64,000 nt of DNA from Dimorphilus gyrociliatus (GCA_904063045.1 CAJFCJ010000009.1:1240968-1304967), one strand, 5' to 3'; numbered from the stretch's first letter, positions 45,270 through 63,021 are shown. The notes: generated by a model not told the origin, from the letters alone. Translations and numbers: made by a program.

Positions 45270-48200
45270 TCAGGATTGAGGATAGCGTTGATGCTGCCTG
45301 TACATTCCATGTCCTGCATCAGAAAAAGTGCTGTAGCTATCATTCTGCCCCGTATTACTTAAATGTGATGTGTAGGGCGAGTAGTTAAATGTACCCGTAG
45401 ACGGATACATATGTGAATACTGCGTGGTGTAGGACATTGACTGAGCTCTGTATGCATTCGCATTCGGGTCGTACGTTGATTGCTGATGCTCAATATAAGA
45501 TTGCTGAGGTATTGCTGCGTAGGAAGAATAATAGCGTTGCTGTTGTTGAGGAATTTGATGATGTGATTGATGCTGATATTGTTGAAAATGTTTCTCTCTT
45601 TCGTATTGTTGCATTCGGTACTGTTCTTGTTGTCTTTGATGAACTGCTAATTGCTGTTGCTGCCGTCTCTTTGCCTGTTGAGCAGCCTGCTGGTTTTGAA
45701 TTTCAATCATTTTTGCCATGTTGCAACTTCCCTGAATCATATTTTGCTGCATAATTGGTGCGGGCCTGTAATGATTTTCCGTTATGATGCAGTCTTCTTC
45801 ATCTGCATTATTATTGATATTGGCTGCTTCGACAGCCATTTTAAGAAGATCAATGGGGGGAGCCTGAATCGAGCTAGTAACACTTAGATCGCACGATGAT
45901 TGTTTGTTCATATTATCGTTATGGCAAAAGTTAAACTCTGGAATTAAAAATGTATTGTTTATGGCTTGATCTTGCCTTTCTTCTTCCTCCTTTTTATCGT
46001 GAATACTTAGATTTAAAACCTCAGCCTTTTCCTCGTTACAATCAACGGTCATTAAGTTATTCTCCATCATATGATCATTCGGAGGAGTAGCCGATTGCAC
46101 ATTTTGAGGTGGATTAGGTGAACTGTACGTGTTGTCCTTTTGTCCACCTCCATTCACCATATTCGGTGATGCTGGCGAGAGAGCCCAAATTCCCTGTCTT
46201 TCCTCCTTAGCAGGTGATAATAATGCCAATTTCATTCCAACGTCTGCATAATCGGTTGCATGATCATTTCCAACCTTATCTCCGTATCTTTCTCCCTGAC
46301 TTTCTTTGGTGTTCTCTGTTGAGTCTGCTTCAGCTAGTATTTCTCGGATTTCTGGAATATTAAGTTTTTCTGATGCTTGACTAGAATTCAATAAATTTTC
46401 ATCAATCTTGTCTGCAGGCACCAAAGGTGGAATTTCCTCTGTATGACTAGACTCTGTTGTTGCTTCTTGGTCTCGTGTATTGTTTGGACTCTTCTCAAGC
46501 TGATTATACTCATCCCAATCGACTTTTTCACTATCGATCTTGTCGTTTTCCTCTTCGATATCATTTTTTTGTCCATCTTTGATTGATTCTGGTTCTGGTT
46601 CCAGTTCCGGTTCTGGTAATTCTTTAGCAGTTTGTACTTTTCGAGTTTTCTTTCTTTTAAGTAGTTTGAGCTTTCTCAATTTGTGTTCCTGGAGCCTTCT
46701 TCGTAGGAGGGTTTTTTTCGGCATAAAACGAGAATGCCTCATTCGATTAAAAGATTTACATCTTTTAGTTGATATATTCGCGAATACCACTTGTGTTTTA
46801 AGAGTGTCTTTTAAGTTTCTCTTTTCCTGAGCAGTTGATTTGGAGCAAAAATAATCGGCCTCGCCATCTGACATGCAGACGGTCGGTGTAATTTGATTAT
46901 CATCAATGTTTGCATCAATTTCGTTTCTGTCGTTAGCTGTCAACCTTATATTCTTATTTCGACCATATTGAATTCTAAAGCGATTTTTCCTTTTAAGCGA
47001 TTCCAAAATCGGTGAAGATTCTTTGATTTTCTTATTTTTTTTTCGAAGTTTTTCAGCTGTAAGAGCAGTCATCAAAGGTGATAATCTACACAAATTTCTC
47101 AAGTCAACCCGTGTACCTGTACTTGCGATAGTTTGTGGTACACGCAAATCTACCATTAACGGTTTTGGTCCCAATTCAATTTTTTCGTCATCGTCACTCT
47201 CCTCCAATAGTTCAACATGCTCACAAATAGCACCGTCATCCCGTTTACTTCCGGAACGTTTAGCTAAGGCAAGTTGTGATTTGTTCGGTCTTAAATCAAG
47301 AAAGACATGCGAATTTGATGAAGTTTTCAATTTTAACGAAGCTAAATTAGATGAAAATTTTTCGATATTATTTTCTGATTTTTCATCCATGTCGGAGACG
47401 CCGTCGAGTTGCGGAATAGTAGTATTTGAAATGTCTTTCTCTACCTCATCATTTTCTTCATCTTCTTCATCCTCCTCCCTCTCATCTTCTCTTTTTACGT
47501 GAGTTTTTTCATCGATGCTTTCGTCTTCTTCTTCGTCTTCATTGTGAGCTAATAATATACTGTCGCCTTCTTCCAATTGAAACATATCCTGGGCGTCAAG
47601 TTGCTTAAATGCTTCAGCATCACCGCTCTTCGCTTTACGTAACAAAATTTCTTTGCCTTCTTTGGCTTTCTGTAATTGTGTGGAGGAAAGGCGTTCAATA
47701 GTTTCCCTACTCACGACAGGCTCGTCACCGACTTCTAGCGCCGTGGCGTCAGGCGTCGACTGAATCGATGCGTCGCCACGGAAACGTTCAACTACTTCGT
47801 TCAAACGTTGTAAACCATCGGTATCATATTCATACTTTGATTGAATAGATGGTGTTCTACTCAAGGACGGTTTCGTCTTACCTTCTTCCTTCCAAATGTA
47901 TTCTAAAGCTGGATTTCTACCATTTAAACTAGATTCGTCAGCATTTGTAATATCTGTTGCAATAATATCAACTTCAAGTTGACAATACGATTGTCGATTT
48001 GCATCTTCTCTTTTCTTTGCTCGTTTTGCTTTTAGATAATCCATTCCGCGTAAATTGTAATCAATAAGAAATTGCAAATTATATGGTACATGCACTTGGT
48101 GAGGTTGAAAAACCGTGTTGAGAATGGCGCCCTCCAGTAATAATGTTGAGACACGTTTCAAATCAGCCGGATCGTATAAAAAAAGTTTAAAAAACACATT

Positions 48201-48563
48201 TTCCTCCCCGCTGTAGCCATACATACGGAATGCCCGAACAGTTTGCACACTATGAACTTTTTCCGAATTCTCCTGTTTAGAAGCGGACGATAAATTTAGA
48301 GCTTTTTCAACGCTATAAGCCAATAATCGGCCGTATTTTATAAGCTCTTCATCATCTTCCATATTTGGTGCAATTACGAATAAATAAGGCAGCACACCAT
48401 GAATATGAGCGCATACTTTTTCACCAGTTGCCGTTGAGCCAAAAATTCTTAGAACTGGAATGTTATGAACGATGCAATCATCCAATTCCCTTACAATAGG
48501 ATCATAATCAGGAATAGGAGAGGTTAGGTAATAGTCCATATAAACTATGCGTACATCGAACAT
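45270..48563 (-). CDS. REV3 (DNA polymerase zeta) N-terminal-domain protein lacking the exonuclease-like, polymerase and C-terminal Cys domains; intronless, about 1097 aa from MFDVRIV
   Basis: MFDVRIVYMDYYLTSP, PVLRIFGSTATGEKVCAHIHGVLPYLFV, FQPHQVHVPYNLQFLIDYNLRGMD, RQSYCQLEVD and NPALEYIW match the REV3 N-terminal domain. The rest is low-complexity and ends in TGA at 45270. Confidence 0.8.
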   Translation of the reverse strand: MFDVRIVYMDYYLTSPIPDYDPIVRELDDCIVHNIPVLRIFGSTATGEKVCAHIHGVLPYLFVIAPNMEDDEELIKYGRLLAYSVEKALNLSSASKQENSEKVHSVQTVRAFRMYGYSGEENVFFKLFLYDPADLKRVSTLLLEGAILNTVFQPHQVHVPYNLQFLIDYNLRGMDYLKAKRAKKREDANRQSYCQLEVDIIATDITNADESSLNGRNPALEYIWKEEGKTKPSLSRTPSIQSKYEYDTDGLQRLNEVVERFRGDASIQSTPDATALEVGDEPVVSRETIERLSSTQLQKAKEGKEILLRKAKSGDAEAFKQLDAQDMFQLEEGDSILLAHNEDEEEDESIDEKTHVKREDEREEDEEDEENDEVEKDISNTTIPQLDGVSDMDEKSENNIEKFSSNLASLKLKTSSNSHVFLDLRPNKSQLALAKRSGSKRDDGAICEHVELLEESDDDEKIELGPKPLMVDLRVPQTIASTGTRVDLRNLCRLSPLMTALTAEKLRKKNKKIKESSPILESLKRKNRFRIQYGRNKNIRLTANDRNEIDANIDDNQITPTVCMSDGEADYFCSKSTAQEKRNLKDTLKTQVVFANISTKRCKSFNRMRHSRFMPKKTLLRRRLQEHKLRKLKLLKRKKTRKVQTAKELPEPELEPEPESIKDGQKNDIEEENDKIDSEKVDWDEYNQLEKSPNNTRDQEATTESSHTEEIPPLVPADKIDENLLNSSQASEKLNIPEIREILAEADSTENTKESQGERYGDKVGNDHATDYADVGMKLALLSPAKEERQGIWALSPASPNMVNGGGQKDNTYSSPNPPQNVQSATPPNDHMMENNLMTVDCNEEKAEVLNLSIHDKKEEEERQDQAINNTFLIPEFNFCHNDNMNKQSSCDLSVTSSIQAPPIDLLKMAVEAANINNNADEEDCIITENHYRPAPIMQQNMIQGSCNMAKMIEIQNQQAAQQAKRRQQQQLAVHQRQQEQYRMQQYEREKHFQQYQHQSHHQIPQQQQRYYSSYAAIPQQSYIEHQQSTYDPNANAYRAQSMSYTTQYSHMYPSTGTFNYSPYTSHLSNTGQNDSYSTFSDAGHGMYRQHQRYPQS

Positions 48564-49603
48564 GTTGCGTTTTCTAGCTGTTGAATACAAATATGAGTAA
48601 TTAATCGAAGAATTTAACATACTACTTACCAAAGTTGGATCACTTTCAAACAGATAGCAAATTGTATAAATAAGATAAATTTTGTAAATTGACTCAACGC
48701 TACCAATCTGATTATGAGCATTCTTCGAAAAAAAACGTAATAATCGATTCTGTAGCAATATGTATACAAAACATGGCTGACAATGTTGATTTTTGCTACC
48801 GCCATCTGTAGTATTACTAAAAACTTTATCTAAATAATATTCTAATTTAGAAACAAGCTCTTAAAAAGTTATGCAAAGTTCCTAACAGAATTCTGATAAA
48901 ATACATCAAGTTCAGGTAAAGAAAATAAGACATAACGCTATTGTATATTTGTTTTATCTATATTTTCTGAGAATAAATTGTTTCTTAATAAAAGGATAAA
49001 TAAAATATGAATAATATCCTTTCACTTATATTATATTAATACTTATTGAGTACCATACATCAATAGGAAAAGAAGGAACGCCATTAACCTAAAATAGATA
49101 TGAGACAATATATATATATACAGATATACATAATATTTAAATGGCTTTATTATTACTAATATTATAAAAATATCAATGTTTTTAAATGAATAATTATACA
49201 TAATGAATAGAACTAATCCAGTATCTAATAATATTTTTTAAAACATCAGATTTTATTGATATTCTACTTTATGATGAATTACGTTATTTCAATTTATTAT
49301 TTCTTCCCCCTTCCAATAAAGTTATCTATCATTTAAGTACCTCTTTATTTATCTTCACTAATTTTAATGAGATTTTTATCTTCGTTTTATTCTTTTTCCC
49401 ATTACATGAACCGTTTTGAACCGAAATGCGAACAAATCTGTTGTTCTATATAAAAGAATCGTTGATTCTTAAATAATTTGAAAAGAGATTTAATAGATAA
49501 AAATTGATTAAAGTATTTTGTTAATCGACACTTAATAAAAGGTAACTCTTTCGTTTTGGAATATTTTTCAATTTCCAAGTAAAATTTGGACATTACGCGG
49601 TAT

Positions 49604-49694
49604 GTCACGTGATATGATCGTCTGCCATTTTGATTATATGATATATCTTTAAAAAGTTCCTCTTCGCTATGTTGACGTCAAGCTTTCACGTGAC
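49604..49694. promoter_or_regulatory. Cluster of two TCACGTGA E-boxes (CLEAR/USF-type) flanking a palindromic CRE in the divergent REV3N/WWP intergenic region
   Basis: gtcacgtga at 49604-49612, ttgacgtcaa at 49672-49681, tcacgtgac at 49686-49694, within otherwise AT-rich DNA. Confidence 0.45.
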
Positions 49695-50168
49695 CTACCA
49701 TCATGGAAGACTAAACATTTCGCTGCTTTAGTAAAGATTCGAGATTTCCAATTTATTGAAGCGATCGCTCACGTAAATCCTAGTATCAACATTGCTAATT
49801 TTATTTAATATATCACTGAAAGGGATTTTTAATTTGAAGAATCGGGTAAGCTATTCATTTGTCGATTTAAACTCCTATTCAAAATGGCGTTTTTATACAT
49901 AGTATTTCTGCTTTATCTTATCGTGATCGGGGTATTAGTCACGATTTAAATTAGTTCTAAGGTAACAATAACTTGCAAACCATTAAAAAGACATCTGATT
50001 TGATTAAAACCTACTTCAGGTGACGAGATCTTATTAAAAGTTGAAGAATATTTAAAAAAAAGGAAAAGAACTGGTAAGGAGATAACAACAACTTTCCTTT
50101 GAATGTTAATAACCAGGTCTATAATTTCTTGCAGTTTATTTTAACTAGGAGAAGTTAGTGTGTCTAAA

Positions 50169-54871
<4,703 letters not shown>

Positions 54872-56201
54872 AGATTCTTATAATAACTTATACAAAACAA
54901 AAAAAAACTATCAGTAATATACAAAAAACAAAAAAAAACAAGTACAGATATTAAATGTGGACTGCAGTTCAAGAGAATATATACTGTATATAACGGAAAC
55001 AGTTGATTGTTTTTCGTTTGCTTTTAAAAATATATATATAATTGAAGACCTGCAGACGCGAATATTGTGTTTACAAAAATTTTACACACTCGCTTGGGTA
55101 TGAATGAATGAATATATTTTGTGGCCGACAGTTAACATTTTTATAATATGACAATTTATTAAATGACTTTTAAATAGCGAAGCTATTGTTTGCACGTTAT
55201 GCGATATACATTACGATCTATTTGATTATAATAAAAACCTTTGTTCATTTTTGCAATTATTACGGAAAGATACAAAATTAAAGAAATCAGCTTCTTTTTT
55301 ATTTGTTTATATATTAATACAATCGAGTAGGTTAATCTCATTATTATTATTATTATAATCGTCATCATTGTCATTATTTCCTCTCTCTGGGTTTTTTCCC
55401 TCTCCCCTCCCCCTCCCCACATTTATTCTTAGTTCTCTTTCATAGATCATTTTGTCACGAATATTGTCTTTTTTAATTATTTTTAGTTTGCATGTTTGTC
55501 GTTTTAAATTTAATTTCTAGTGAAAACAACGAGTACTTATGAAAGCGGATAGATAGTGTTTCACTGACAATACACCATTCTCTTCAACATAACAAAGTCT
55601 ATAAAAATAGAAATCTTACAAAATAATTACCACCAGACAAGTTGATCTTGTACAAACAGATGTCACTACTTCTAAAGAGATTAGCTTAATGCTTATCTAA
55701 TAACTTTAATATGATAAATACTCTCTTGAAGATTTATCGTAGGTGAATATACTAATATATACATATATTAATATGAACACGAAAAGTACGATAGGTGGAG
55801 TGTTAAACTTTGATTAGTTGGGAAATGTTGAATAAGTGGGAGCAATGGGAAGGAAGGGGAATGTGTAAAAAGAAATTTATCGTCTTTTATATCAGTATCA
55901 GAGTGGAATTTTCTTTTATTAATAACTATCGATTACTTATAAACTGCTTTTCTTTCGCAATCAGTTGGAAAGGAATGCAAATTTGGTTGAATTTATTAAA
56001 TTCCCTTCAACTATAAGTTGAATTTGTACGCTTTGGAATTTCTGGTAAGACTAAAAGTTGATTCCATAGCAGAAATGTTCGATACAGAGAAATTTGACAT
56101 CAGTAACACTAAATGAAAACATTCTCCGGTAATTGCACTAGACGTCTGTTACAGCTGTAAAACACCGCAATAACACTCGAAGGTCCTCCATTCTCTTGGA
56201 A

Positions 56202-56301
56202 ATGAATATTCATAAGCTGGTTTCGGTGCATTGAGCAAAGAGTCTGATTTCCTGCTTTTATATTTGTAGTCTCGTTACTATTCATGAAAATGAATATTCA
56301 T
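56202..56301. promoter_or_regulatory. Two copies of the palindrome ATGAATATTCAT upstream of the TBH/DBH start codon
   Basis: aaATGAATATTCATaa at 56202-56213 and 56290-56301; resembles palindromic POU-dimer sites. Confidence 0.4.
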
Positions 56302-56361
56302 AAAGACGTTTAAGGAGGGTATCGACAGTCGTCCGTATCTTGTGCGACACGATAGAAAAGT

Positions 56362-56959
56362 ATGTTAAAACTTTTCAACAGACGATCTTTTATTCACTTC
56401 CTCATCCTCCTTAGCCAGTACCAACTAGGCTGTTTAGGACGTAGATCTCAGAACAATCTTCTAAGAACTTTATCGTTCCTAACAAAATCATCTTGGAATG
56501 ATAATTCCACAGAAGATAATGAGCAAAAAAGTCAATTGAAATCTTCGTCTGGAGAGCAGTTTCAATACGAAAATGACGTTATTCTAGATGGTCATAAACG
56601 TTTCCATCTGTTTTGGAATTTTGATAACGTCTTAGAAGAAGTTACTTTTGAAATAGAAGCAAAAATAAAGAAGGATCAATTCTTTGCCTTTGGATTTTCA
56701 GATTATGGAGAATTTATAAATGCTGATTATGCTATTTTGTGGACAGATAAAGATGGAAAACCACACTTTCAAGTAGGTTAAATTGAAGTATTTTATTCCA
56801 TAAAGAGAATATGGAAGATAATTAATTCCTACTTTGAGGTCAACTCTCTCCGTATGATTGTTCATTGTAGAAAGAATAATATTTTAAGGCAACCTTACTT
56901 TTACCTAATCAAAAGCCATTTTACTAGTCAAATTACTAGTATCCAATATATTAATACCT

Positions 56960-57002
<43 letters not shown>

Positions 57003-59003
57003 TTTGGGAATTGGCATACCTTATTCTCTTCTTTGACGCATGCGCAAGAATAAAACACTCTAATCTTTTCTCCCTCTTTTTCTCTTAGGACGCCCACACT
57101 GATCATTCTGGATTGATTCATGTGGATAAATCTCAAGATTATAATTTGCTTAATTTTACCACTAAATCCAATAAAGTTATATTAACGTTCAAAAGGTTCT
57201 ATGACACGTGCGACAACGACGATTATCTAATAGATGTAAGAATTTTGCTTTTCCATCCTTACCATAAATAAAATATATAATTGTTTTATTGAATATTCAA
57301 CAGTCCGGTACAACGCATCTACTCTATGCAGTTGGCATAGGCCACCCAAGATCTGCAGAGAATATTAATATAACTTCTCTAAGACCGTCCATGACTAGAG
57401 TTCAAATAATTAAAAGTGAATTAGTTGATCCCGAATTTCCAAAAGACACTGAAACTTTTGCAATGACTGTTGAAAATGTTAAAGTTCCTGCTGAGGAGAC
57501 AACTTATTGGTGTGTTGTTAAAAAACTGCCGAATATGTCGGAAAAGCATCATATTATTCAATTCGGTGGTAAGATTACGCCCACCAGCGAAGGAGTTGTT
57601 CACCATATGGAAGTTTTCCATTGTGACGCTCCTCCTGGAGTAGAAATTCCTCACTACGAAGGCAAATGTATTAAAGAGGGAAGGCCTAAGGGTCTAGAAA
57701 GTTGTAGAAATGTTATTGGAGCTTGGGCTATGGGAGCACAGCCCTTAACTTATCCAGAAGAGGCAGGATATCCGGTTGGAGGAAAAGATTCTAATCCTTA
57801 CGTAATGCTGGAGGTTCATTATAATAACCCCGATTTAATTAGCGGTATAGTTGATAGTTCTGGCATAGAGTTTCACGTTACGAAAACTTTGCGAAAGTAT
57901 GACGCGGGTATCATGGAACTTGGCTTAGAGTATACGGACAAATATGCTCTGCCTCCAGGCTTGAACCAGTGGGACCTTGACGGTCATTGTATTCCAGAAT
58001 GTACTAAAGTGGTAAATAAGACACTTACAGGCACACGTCGGACTTTTTGAGGTTAAGTTTATTTTTCATCAGGGTCTACCGGAAAAAGGCATAAAGGTCT
58101 TTGCGTCTCAGCTACATACTCATCTTACTGGAAGAAGAGCGTTTACAAAACATTATAGAAACGGAGTCGAATTACCGGAATTGAACAGAGACAATCATTA
58201 CAGTCCACACTTTCAGGAAATCAGGAAATTGAAGAGGCAAGTCACTGTTCTACCGGGAGATTCGCTAGTCACCACTTGTCAAGATCAAACGGCCAATAGA
58301 AGACGGATTACCTTGGTACGCGGGTTTTTTTAATATAATTTATTGTTTTTCCATTATTTGCAGGACAATTTTTTATTCAATAATTCAATAATTTCTTGAA
58401 AACCTCTGACCAGACATAAATTAAACAATCTAAAATAACTTTGAAATTTATTCAGTACACTTCCGGCGTTTCTGATTGGTTATTAAAGGTATTCTAATTT
58501 GCTTAAAATATTCAGGGAGGATTCGCTATATCCGACGAAATGTGTGTCAACTATATTCACTACTATCCGAAAGTAGATTTAGAAGTTTGTAAAAGTTCCG
58601 TAACAACAGAAAGCCTATACAAATATTTTAAATATATGAATGAGTAAGTCAGAGAGCTTTTTCCTAGAGTTGTTAAATATTCAATAGTCTCTTAGATACG
58701 CTTGGCAACCGACATCACCAAACAAAGGCATATCAGACAACTATAAATCGATAGAATGGAGTCCAGCAAATATAGACTTATTAAGAACATTTTACATCGA
58801 ATCTCCTTTGTCGATGCAATGCAACAAATCAGATGGAACTAGATTTGAGGTTTTCCTTTCTCGAATTTTCTATAAACTTTTCCCTTATTTTTTTCTTTTT
58901 TTTAACTTTAAAACTTTTTTCAAAACAGGGCGAATGGGAAGGGCAGAAAATCCCTGATATCCTATATCCGATACCGCCGAGAGAAAGACCCTGTTTAACA
59001 TAG
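56362..59003 (+). CDS. TBH: Tyramine/dopamine beta-hydroxylase (DOMON plus copper monooxygenase domains), multi-exon
   Basis: DOMON (FAFGFSDYGEFINADY); VVHHMEVFHC, GAWAMGA, YVMLEVHYNNP, FASQLHTHLTG, RDNHYSPHFQEIR, GGFAISDEMCVNYIHYYP. TBH versus DBH cannot be resolved from motifs alone. Confidence 0.88.
56965..56998. repeat. (AG)n microsatellite in TBH intron 1
   Basis: About 17 AG units. Confidence 0.9.
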
Positions 59004-59581
59004 ACTATTTATAGATGCTTCTAATTAGATAAAATAGTATAAATGAAATACATATATGAGTATTCTAACTTTTGAAATTGCGTGTTTTCCTGTTTTTATA
59101 AAAAAAAGCACACATTTCTAAAAATTCTCTTTTCTTTCTTAACAAAGCGTTAATTAAACATTAGAAGACTTTAATATCTATTAATATGCTATTTATTCTT
59201 AATTGGTCTTGATTTATTCAATTAGAATGGAGATATAATTTTACAATCGATAAATATAAACGATGTTTAAATATCAATTCATCCGAAGAAACTGGTAAAT
59301 AATAAACTACTTTTTTAACAAAGTTAACTTATAGATTATTAATAAAAACATAATAATAATTAATAGAAACGTTGCCTTACGTAAATTGCATGCTTCGTTG
59401 ATTGGATATACGAGCTGTATTTTAATAATTTAACAAGTTGATTAATTTTTAGAGATGCTCAAAAAATAGTCCACAACTCTTGTTGTAATTTAGACATACC
59501 CAAGGCCATAAATTGTTAAATTTCAGTACAAATTCGTGGCACTTCGAGTCGCTGCTTCTCAACGAAACTTAAACTTGAACA

Positions 59582-61300
59582 ATGCCTTCGTAAGTTTAAT
59601 ACTTAAAGTATTCTTTTTTCATATTGCTAATATATTCGGGTTTACACTCATTTGCAACATTTTTTAACAACGAAAAATGTTGCATCATCGCCATACATGA
59701 GTTGTCTTCCAAAAGTGTCCCAATTTTCCACTTCATATTTTGTCTATATTTAGAACATTATGGCTAAAACCTAGGAATGTATCGCCAAATGACGTAGACG
59801 AACCATTATGGGATCAAAAAACGTTTATGGGACGTTTACATCACTTCTTTTGGGTTACTGATTGGAGAACCGTCCCAACTTCAAATTCAAGGTTATTCGA
59901 GGCTAAACAATTTATCGAGGATTACAAGTAAGTCTTAAGAGTTTAGTATTTAGTTTAAGTGTTCTATTTTACAATTCTTTTATATTTAGATCAGGAAAAA
60001 TATCAGAAAATTACGACCAAGCGAAAATTCGCTATGAGAAAAAATTGAAGGAAAGCGCTTTTCATCCAGATTCTGGTGAATTGCAGAATAATATTGGAAG
60101 AATGAGCTTTCAAGTAATATTAAATATATTCAATAATCAATCTTACATTTAGTAATATTGTACAAAATATCTTTAGGTACCAGGAGGCATGGTTATAACT
60201 GGTGGAATGCTACAGTATTACAGGTAAATAGTAGAGTACTTTTGTACTTTGAACTCTCTCTTTCTTCATATCGTAAACACTAAACAGATCTACTGGAGCT
60301 GTTATTCTTTGGCAATGGATAAATCAGTCGTTTAATGCCTTAGTCAACTATACGAATAGGAATGCCGCTTCACCAATTACGACCACGTGAGACAATAGAT
60401 AAGGCTGATAACCTTGACATATTATATTTTACAAATCTTTTTTTTTTTCTTATAATTAACTATTTTTAAACAGTCAAATGACGATCGCCTATGCAAGTGC
60501 TACTTCTGCAGCCGTTCTAATAGCAGTTGGTTTGAAGGGCAGATTGGCAAGGGTATTTAAATATTGCTGACATAGCAAACAAAAATTCTCTTAAAACTAT
60601 TACTTATCATCATTTTTCAAAAAAAATAAAATAAAAGACTGTGTCTTCGCCTGTACTGCAAAGATTCGTTCCATGGTGCGCTGTTGCGGCCGCCAATTTG
60701 GTTAATATTCCATTTACTAGGCAAAGGTAATAAAGAACCATAAACTTTCTTTGCACGATAATTAAATTACCTTCTTTCTTTACAATAGAGAATTAGTAGA
60801 TGGAGTTATGATGTCTACAGAAGACGGTGAAGAGATTGCGAAATCTCGATTTGCAGCTGCAAAGGGTATTAGTCAAGTTGTAGCCGCAAGAATTACTATG
60901 GCCAGTCCTGGAATGCGTAAGTTTTTATTTGCCTGTAATAAGTATGTAATAAATATTAAAGTTAATAAATTCCCACGCAGTACTTTTGCCATTCATTATG
61001 GAAAGATTAGAAAAAAGACCTTGGTTCATGAGATATCCTAGAGGTCATATTGTCTTTCAGACCCTTGTCGTTGGGGCTTTGTAAGTTATTACATAATTTA
61101 TTGAATATTTCAAAATTATTAATTAATTACACTGTTCTAGTCTTACTGTTATGACACCAATTGGATGTGCAATTTTTCCTCAAAAATGTTCCGTATCCAT
61201 GGAAACATTAAAGTTTGTTGAAAAAGACGTTTATCAGTCAATAAAGAAGAATCATCCGGATAAATCTATTAGCCATTTATATTTTAATAAGGGATTATAA
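59582..61300 (+). CDS. Sideroflexin (SFXN2-like), multi-exon
   Basis: [85 protein letters not shown] stop. Confidence 0.93.
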
Positions 61301-61793
61301 ATAGGCGAGAGGGAGAGATAGTTTAAAAATTTGGTTTAGTCTAGACAAACAGTTAAAAAAATTAATGCTACTTGATTTTTACGTTTGAAACTAAAAGAGT
61401 GCTTAAACAGATGAATTATTGCTGAAACAAATACTACTTGAATATTATAGAGAACAAGTTATATGCAAAATTTTACTTAAAGTGCTTGTTATATGTTTGA
61501 AAATTTTTTGAAGTTGAAACAATATTATCATTGTTTGTTAGTTGTAAATGAAAAAGGTTATTCAAAACTGCAAATAAGACTTAAAGAGTTGCATTTACAA
61601 ATTATTTTGTTTTAAATAAAGTGAAACAATTTAGATAAACAAAAAAGGTTTGTAAGACTAATTGATGTATTCTCCAAATTACTGAATTCCACAATTCCAC
61701 AAGCAATTATAATATTTTAACAATTTAGCATATTTGATTATCTTGTCTATCTTAATTGATGACTTCTCAAAATTCAATATTTATCTCCACATA

Positions 61794-62621
<828 letters not shown>

Positions 62622-62799
62622 CTGAAAAAATTCTTTATTATCATATATTCATCAACCAAACATGCAAACTGCATAATTTTGTCCAACAAGGCACTGTTTA
62701 TCTTTGTACTAGACGTGTATTCAAGCTGAGCTGAACAGATCAATACTTAAGGCTTTTATGTGCTTTAAGTAGGATTTACAGCTAGATACTTTTATCGTT

Positions 62800-62871
62800 G
62801 GGGGTATAGCTCAGTGGCAGAGCATTCGACTGCAGATCGAGAGGTCCCCGGTTCAAATCCGGGTGCCCCCT
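62800..62871 (+). tRNA. tRNA-Cys(GCA) copy 1
   Basis: GGGGGTATAGCTCAGTGGCAGAGCATTCGACTGCAGATCGAGAGGTCCCCGGTTCAAATCCGGGTGCCCCCT; cloverleaf, GCA anticodon, A/B boxes, downstream T-run. Confidence 0.97.
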
Positions 62872-62949
62872 CTATATTTTTGCTTTTTTCCCCTTGTCTC
62901 TAACCCAACTTGAACTAAAATTGGTCGCAGTTCTTTTAGGACTTACTTT

Positions 62950-63021
62950 GGGGGTATAGCTCAGGGGTAGAGCATTCGACTGCAGATCGAGAGGTCCCTG
63001 GTTCAAATCCGGGTGCCCCCT
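62950..63021 (+). tRNA. tRNA-Cys(GCA) copy 2 (D-loop variant CAGGGGTAG)
   Basis: 72-nt cloverleaf with GCA anticodon. Confidence 0.97.

Noticed and set aside
45413-47608. Plus-strand ORFs opposite the REV3-NTD gene
   Set aside because: Antisense shadows of Q-, E- and K-rich codon runs with no domain content.
55183-56016. Short ORFs between WWP and TBH
   Set aside because: Low-complexity and simple-repeat derived (att and ccc runs), with no splice structure or recognisable motif.
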